Under the pieces are notes generated by a model. The model made no database searches and was not told the origin of the DNA. It was given only the letters and a program-made list of their open reading frames with translations. From a virus (taxonomy: Duplodnaviria; Caudoviricetes), in IMG/VR virus record IMGVR_UViG_3300029265_000685, positions 1 through 53,830 of that record: 53,830 nt of DNA. One strand, given 5' to 3'. Every line of letters starts with the position of its first letter. The first letter of the stretch is position 1. The translations under genes and the position numbers were made by a program. This document shows positions 48,888-53,830 of this stretch, piece by piece.

Positions 48888-49520
48888 ATGCCAAAAGCCA
48901 AGCCAATAAAAAAGGAACAGATAGTTGCAGCGATGTCACAAACCCGTTCGAATCGAGCAGCTAGTAGATATTTAAATATATCATATCCCCACTATAAAAA
49001 ATGGGCTAAATTATATGATTCCAGTGAAGAGGGATTTAAAAGTTTATTTGATCAACATTTGAACCCTTCTGGTAAGGGAATTCCAAAGTTCTTATCAAAT
49101 TCAGGTAAAGATCCAGCACTATTAGATATTATTGAAGGTAGAATAGATGCATCATCATTCTCTCCTGAAAAAATCAAATATAGACTTGTAAGTGAGGGAT
49201 ATTTAGAAGAAAAATGTTCATCATGTAATTTTCATGAACGTAGAGTTTTAGACTATAAAATACCACTATTACTCCATTTTAAGGATAATAATAAAAAAAA
49301 CTACCGAAAAGAAAATACTGAGTTTTTATGTTATAATTGCTACTACCTTTTAATTGGGGATATATTTAATAATAAACAAATTGAAAATATAGAAGATCAC
49401 AAACCTTTAAACTCAGGTGAGATAGATTGGGAGTTAGATCCTTATACAGAACAAAGGTTAAAAGAATTAGGGTTAGGTGATAGCGATGGTGATGATTTAG
49501 ATATAATTTCTTATGTATGA
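48888..49520 (+). CDS. HTH + degenerate HNH zinc-finger protein
   Basis: N-terminal RAASRYLNISY HTH-like segment; CSSC...LLLHFKD.N..N...EN...LCYNCY. Confidence 0.65.
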   Translation: MPKAKPIKKEQIVAAMSQTRSNRAASRYLNISYPHYKKWAKLYDSSEEGFKSLFDQHLNPSGKGIPKFLSNSGKDPALLDIIEGRIDASSFSPEKIKYRLVSEGYLEEKCSSCNFHERRVLDYKIPLLLHFKDNNKKNYRKENTEFLCYNCYYLLIGDIFNNKQIENIEDHKPLNSGEIDWELDPYTEQRLKELGLGDSDGDDLDIISYV

Positions 49521-49693
49521 AAAAGAAAACAAGAAATATTAAAAACAACAAACATGGTAAAATCGTTAATGATTATGAAAAACAAAAGATAAATCATTTA
49601 GAACGACTAGCAAGTAAGCTTATCAAAGATGATGATAAAAACCAAAAACTAAAATCAAAAATAATCAATAAAGGTTTTTTAGATTTATTTTAA
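49517..49693 (+). CDS. 58-aa basic hypothetical protein (not in ORF track)
   Basis: ATGA overlap with the previous gene; MKKKTRNIKNNKHGKIVNDYEKQK...GFLDLF. Confidence 0.55.
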   Translation: MKKKTRNIKNNKHGKIVNDYEKQKINHLERLASKLIKDDDKNQKLKSKIINKGFLDLF

Positions 49694-49711
49694 AGATACC
49701 TACATATAAAC

Positions 49712-49740
49712 TTGGATATCCGTGGGATATTTCGTATATT
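49712..49740 (+). promoter_or_regulatory. Promoter TTGG-N15-TTCGTATATT
   Basis: Repeated motif; the spacer is ATATCC-GTG-GGATAT. Confidence 0.8.
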
Positions 49741-49761
49741 AGGGTAAATAAAAATATAGAT

Positions 49762-50265
49762 ATGAAAAAATTAATATTTCTTATAATTCCATTATTTATA
49801 AATAGTGGCCACATCAAAAACACCCAATACTACACTCCCCCTAACCAAGGTTTAGAATTAATACCGGATATACCACCATTAGTTAAACCTACACATAATT
49901 CCACCACCTCACTAATTGATGCGTTAATATACGTTGAATCACGTGGGAAAAACGATGCTGTTGGTGATACGCATCTAAAACACCCGTCAATAGGTGTATT
50001 ACAAATTAGACCTATAATGATTAGGGAAGTTAACCGCATACTGAAAAAACAAGGTAAACTCCAACATTTTAAATTGGGAGATAGGTTTAGTGAACAAAAA
50101 TCAATAAGTATATTTAATGTGTGGAAAGATTACCACCACCCCGAAGATAGTTTTGAAAAAATAGCTAGATGCTGGAATGGTGGACCTAGAGGTTATAAAA
50201 ACACAAGAACACTTAAATATTGGGTTAAAGTAAAGAAACAACTAAATAAAAAAAGAAAATACTAA
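49762..50265 (+). CDS. Lysozyme-like protein (SLT / i-type destabilase-like) with N-terminal signal peptide
   Basis: MKKLIFLIIPLF signal; ALIYVES catalytic Glu, GVLQI, IARCWNGGP. Confidence 0.75.
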   Translation: MKKLIFLIIPLFINSGHIKNTQYYTPPNQGLELIPDIPPLVKPTHNSTTSLIDALIYVESRGKNDAVGDTHLKHPSIGVLQIRPIMIREVNRILKKQGKLQHFKLGDRFSEQKSISIFNVWKDYHHPEDSFEKIARCWNGGPRGYKNTRTLKYWVKVKKQLNKKRKY

Positions 50266-50444
50266 TGGGAATTGAAAATCGTAAATCCTCCCCACTAGAT
50301 TCACTTAACCAGTTTGAGGATGAATTATGGGTTGAATTAATTGAAAAATCACCAGAATCCGTAAATAGTATATGTTTAATGTTGTCTTTAGATGTGCAGT
50401 TAGAAAAAGAACGATTAAATAATAAAAACATTAAAAAATCATAA
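50265..50444 (+). CDS. 59-aa hypothetical protein (not in ORF track)
   Basis: TAATG coupling; MGIENRKSSPLDSLNQFEDELWVEL... Confidence 0.5.
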   Translation: MGIENRKSSPLDSLNQFEDELWVELIEKSPESVNSICLMLSLDVQLEKERLNNKNIKKS

Positions 50445-50467
50445 GGATTAATGAAGTAAAAATCTAC

Positions 50468-50478
50468 AATATTTATAA
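50468..50478 (+). promoter_or_regulatory. Putative late/second-class promoter motif AATATTTATAA
   Basis: Precedes the putative virion-adhesin block. Confidence 0.45.
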
Positions 50479-50487
50479 CAAAAAATT

Positions 50488-50700
50488 ATGTCAATAGTAA
50501 ACATACCAATAACCGAAAATAAATATTTAATCTTCTTCAGTGATGGTTACCCATCTTACTATTTTGATAGCACTCTAAATCAACTAACTACCTTTAATAA
50601 TTCATATTGGACATATGAATCATACGATACTGAGGAGGAATGGGTAGCTAGACTACTAGAATTCGGGATTGTACCCGAAGAACCAACTTCTCCTATCTAA
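50488..50700 (+). CDS. Hypothetical protein
   Basis: 70 aa ORF preceding the BspA pair. Confidence 0.55.
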   Translation: MSIVNIPITENKYLIFFSDGYPSYYFDSTLNQLTTFNNSYWTYESYDTEEEWVARLLEFGIVPEEPTSPI

Positions 50701-50709
50701 AAATAAATT

Positions 50710-52275
50710 ATGGCAACATATACATCCAAAGAACTAGAAGGAAGAGGAACACCAACCGAGGCATTAACTGCTGCTACGGGGTATAGATTTCTCCTTGTAA
50801 GCCCTAACACATTATTAGGTTCGGCTTACTTTACTTTTGAAACAGTTAGGAATTCTAATGGGTTTTATGATACAACATCACCCAAAAATGCTGTTGGAAC
50901 TATTAATACTGCAAGTGGTGTTCAAGATCTTTTACAAGACTCTTATATATTTTCAGAAGTCATTACCAGAAGCATATCTTCATTTACATTTACACCAACT
51001 TTAGACGTTGCCGTTAGTAGTTCGTTTTTAAGAATTACTGGAGGAGGATATCTAGATATCTCTATAGCAGTACCTGCACGCCCATTCAAAATGTTAATTA
51101 CAACTAGTAATCCTGGTGCTTCTGGTACAACATCAATGACAATCCCATTCTCAGAAGGGCAATTTTCAAATTGTGTAGTTGATTGGGGTGATGGTACAAC
51201 TGAACCCGTAAACACTAGTGGAAATACAACACACGATTATGGTGAAGTAAAAGTGAATCAGGAAATTCAAATATCTGGTGCATTTCCTGGATTATTTTTT
51301 AATGGTGGTGATGGAGATTCACTCAAATTGGAGGAAATTACTCAATGGGGGACAAATGTATTCCAATCATTAAGTAACGCATTTTCTAATTGTCAGAATT
51401 TAAAAAATACTAATTATGCTACGGATGCTCCAAATTTAGGAGTAATAACTGATTTAACCCGAATGTTTAATGCATGTCAAAGATTTAATGGGTATATTGG
51501 TAATTGGGATGTAAGCAATGTCACTAACATGAGTAATATGTTTAGGAATTGTCTTGTATTCAACCAAGAATTAAATTCTTGGGATGTAAGTAGTGTTACA
51601 GATATGCGTAATATGCTTCAATTTTGTAGTATCTTCCAAGGTAATATTTCTAATTGGGATACCAGTAATGTTGAAAATATGGTAAGTATGTTTTTCAATT
51701 GCACTCTTTTCAATAGTGATATTTCTAATTGGAATGTGGGTAATGTTACTGATATGGGGTTTATGTTTAGTGGTGCAGATGCTTTCAATCCAAACATTGC
51801 AGATTGGGATGTGAGTAGTGTTACTAATATGTCTGGTATGTTTTCAGATTTTAGTGGTGCTCCACCATCATTTAATCAAAACATTGCAGATTGGGATGTG
51901 AGTAGTGTTACTAATATGGGGTTTATGTTTTATGGAGCCACTACTTTCAACCAACCTATTGGAGGTTGGGATGTGAGTAGCGTTACTGATATGAACCTTA
52001 TGTTTTTTTCTGCACCTGCTTTCAACCAAAATATTGGTTCGTGGGATGTATCTAATGTAATCAATTTCAGCAATTTTATGCTAGGAAAAACACCTGCAAC
52101 ATTTAGCGCAACTAATTTAGATGCTATTTACAATGGGTGGAGCTCACGAAGTGTGCAACCATCACAAGTAATTACTTTTGGTACTGCCAAATTTAACTCA
52201 TCTTCACAAACCGGTAAAGATATATTAACATCAACTCCTAACAATTGGAATATAACAGATGGAGGACAAGTTTAA
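50710..52275 (+). CDS. BspA/DUF285 repeat protein with PKD-like domain (putative virion adhesin) 1
   Basis: VDWGDG PKD-like motif; about eight ~25-aa repeats of the form FNQ.I..WDVSSVT.M..MF; C-terminal WNITDGG. Confidence 0.88.
   Translation: MATYTSKELEGRGTPTEALTAATGYRFLLVSPNTLLGSAYFTFETVRNSNGFYDTTSPKNAVGTINTASGVQDLLQDSYIFSEVITRSISSFTFTPTLDVAVSSSFLRITGGGYLDISIAVPARPFKMLITTSNPGASGTTSMTIPFSEGQFSNCVVDWGDGTTEPVNTSGNTTHDYGEVKVNQEIQISGAFPGLFFNGGDGDSLKLEEITQWGTNVFQSLSNAFSNCQNLKNTNYATDAPNLGVITDLTRMFNACQRFNGYIGNWDVSNVTNMSNMFRNCLVFNQELNSWDVSSVTDMRNMLQFCSIFQGNISNWDTSNVENMVSMFFNCTLFNSDISNWNVGNVTDMGFMFSGADAFNPNIADWDVSSVTNMSGMFSDFSGAPPSFNQNIADWDVSSVTNMGFMFYGATTFNQPIGGWDVSSVTDMNLMFFSAPAFNQNIGSWDVSNVINFSNFMLGKTPATFSATNLDAIYNGWSSRSVQPSQVITFGTAKFNSSSQTGKDILTSTPNNWNITDGGQV
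51792..51918 (+). repeat. Exact 40-nt direct repeat inside the DUF285 array
   Basis: AAACATTGCAGATTGGGATGTGAGTAGTGTTACTAATATG at 51792-51831 and 51879-51918. Confidence 0.9.
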
Positions 52276-52317
52276 AATACTAATAAAAATAATATTAAAA
52301 AATCATAATTAAAGTAA

Positions 52318-53598
52318 ATGGCAGAATATACAGGAAAACAATTAGAGGGCATGGGTATACTTACGGAAGCATTAACTGCTGGTGTAACTTATACATTCAC
52401 ATTTACTACACCCCCAACATTAAGAGGTTCAGCTTACTTTACATTAGAAACAGTTAGGAATTCTAATGGATTTTATGTTGGTATAGATGAAAATGCTGAG
52501 GGAACTATTAATACACTTGCATCCATTCAAACACTACTCCAAACACCATTCAAATTCTCTGTAGTAGTACAACAAGGCGCAGGTTCATTCAATTTTACCC
52601 CAACTAACAATATACCTCTGGGAGGTGCATTATTAAGAGCAACAGGTAATATTGCACTTGACATTACCCCATCAGCAGATACTGCTTTCAAAATAACCAT
52701 TCAACTAGATGGCACTACTTTTCCTTTTCGAATCCAACCACAGGCAGGTATGAATCTTGTGATAGATTGGGGTGATGGTTCAAGTTCTAACATAGGTAGT
52801 AGTACAGATACAGAATTGACTCATAATTATGCTACTCCAGGCACTTATCAAATATCGGCTGAAGGTCAGTTTAATGGACCTAATTTTAATGGTCTTACTC
52901 CTATTATAAGTCTTGATAATTGGGGTACTAGTGAGTTTACTGAATGGCAAAATGCTTTCAAAGGGTGTAGAAATATGGTTGGAAATTACACAGATACTCC
53001 AAACACGTCTAATGTAACAAATATGGATCACGCGTTTCATACTTGCACCATCTTTAATAGTCCATTAAACTTTGACACTGCAAATGTTACAAGTTTTGGT
53101 AATTTCCTTCGTGAAGCTTCTTCTTTTAACCAACCCATAACATTTGACTTATCATCTGCGCTCGTGTGTAATTCAATGTTTAGATCAGCAACCCAAATGA
53201 ATTCACCAGTAACACTTACTAATACTGGGAATGTAACTAATATGTTCACCATGTTTACATTTTGCAGCGCATTTAACTCTGACCTAAATTTTGATGATAC
53301 TTCAGCAGTTGCTAATATGGAATACATGTTTTACCAAGCATTCGCATTTAATCAAGATATTAGTGATTGGGATGTAACAAGTTTAACAACATTTAATTTC
53401 GGTTTAACACAAACATCTTTTGACACAACAAACTATGATTTATTACTAACTAATTGGTCAACTTATTCACCTCTACAAACAGGCGTACCATTTTCAGCAG
53501 GAACTGCAAAATATAGCCCTGGAGCAGCAGCAACAGCACGTGGTGTACTTACATCAGCTCCTAATAATTGGATAATTACAGATGGAGGACAAGTTTAA
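52318..53598 (+). CDS. BspA/DUF285 repeat protein with PKD-like domain (putative virion adhesin) 2
   Basis: Paralogue of 50710-52275 with the same N-terminal domain, IDWGDG, more degenerate repeats and WIITDGGQV end. Confidence 0.85.
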   Translation: MAEYTGKQLEGMGILTEALTAGVTYTFTFTTPPTLRGSAYFTLETVRNSNGFYVGIDENAEGTINTLASIQTLLQTPFKFSVVVQQGAGSFNFTPTNNIPLGGALLRATGNIALDITPSADTAFKITIQLDGTTFPFRIQPQAGMNLVIDWGDGSSSNIGSSTDTELTHNYATPGTYQISAEGQFNGPNFNGLTPIISLDNWGTSEFTEWQNAFKGCRNMVGNYTDTPNTSNVTNMDHAFHTCTIFNSPLNFDTANVTSFGNFLREASSFNQPITFDLSSALVCNSMFRSATQMNSPVTLTNTGNVTNMFTMFTFCSAFNSDLNFDDTSAVANMEYMFYQAFAFNQDISDWDVTSLTTFNFGLTQTSFDTTNYDLLLTNWSTYSPLQTGVPFSAGTAKYSPGAAATARGVLTSAPNNWIITDGGQV

Positions 53599-53626
53599 AT
53601 TCTAAAAAAACAATCCACGCAAGTAC

Positions 53627-53656
53627 TAGGCTTTTGCATATCCTGTTCGTATATTT
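53627..53656 (+). promoter_or_regulatory. Promoter TAGG-N15-TTCGTATATTT with leader hairpin
   Basis: Repeated motif, followed by a TTGG...CCAA hairpin and AAAAATAAGGGTTATG. Confidence 0.8.
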
Positions 53657-53703
53657 ACGGGGTAAGTTGGGGTTAATATTAATACCAATTAAAAATAAGG
53701 GTT

Positions 53704-53830
53704 ATGGCGTTGTGTAAGATTAGTAATTTAAATAAGTATGGGTGTATGAGAAGTCGTATACTATATAAACCTGATAATTCAATACTTAAAATAAATCCTA
53801 AAGGTTTTGGGAAATTTATAGGTATGAGTA
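53704..53830 (+). CDS. Hypothetical protein, runs off the window
   Basis: MALCKISNLNKYGCMRSRILYKP...; open to the window end, directly after the promoter. Confidence 0.55.
   Translation, partial: MALCKISNLNKYGCMRSRILYKPDNSILKINPKGFGKFIGMS

Noticed and set aside
50818-52477. Possible DGR template/variable pair: all 4 mismatches in the 52-nt shared block are A in the second copy
   Set aside because: All four are third codon positions and three are synonymous; the C-terminal shared block shows no A bias; no reverse transcriptase in the window.

Overview
A 53.8 kb, AT-rich, entirely plus-strand segment of a large contractile-tailed dsDNA phage. The host is most likely Bacteroidota/Flavobacteriia, inferred from Bacteroidota-type promoters and A-rich leaders without Shine-Dalgarno sites. 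Gene order: (1) end of the tail module (tape measure, tube/baseplate initiator, LysM wedge, hub with a C-terminal DUF5675-like domain); (2) replication genes (compact family A polymerase, SSB, RecA/UvsX, 5'-3' exonuclease, DnaB, class I RNR); (3) a lysis module; (4) promoter-led accessory cassettes; (5) a 7-deazaguanine cluster (TGT/DpdA-like, QueC, QueD, QueE, FolE) interleaved with a purine phosphoribosyltransferase and a MazG-like pyrophosphatase, abutting a split family B polymerase and sliding clamp; (6) GroES/GroEL and clamp loader; (7) a ~10 kb glycosyltransferase/amino-sugar locus; (8) small regulators, a secreted lysozyme and two tandem BspA/DUF285 repeat proteins. Non-coding signals: 13 copies of a TWGG-N15-TTCGTATATT promoter with invariant spacing, a second AATATTTATAA motif, and a compact 32-nt H-type pseudoknot directly upstream of queC (candidate riboswitch). 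The strongest candidate for an undescribed system is the deazaguanine cluster with PRTase, pyrophosphatase, PolB and the queC leader RNA. All calls are from motif recognition by eye; no database searches were run.
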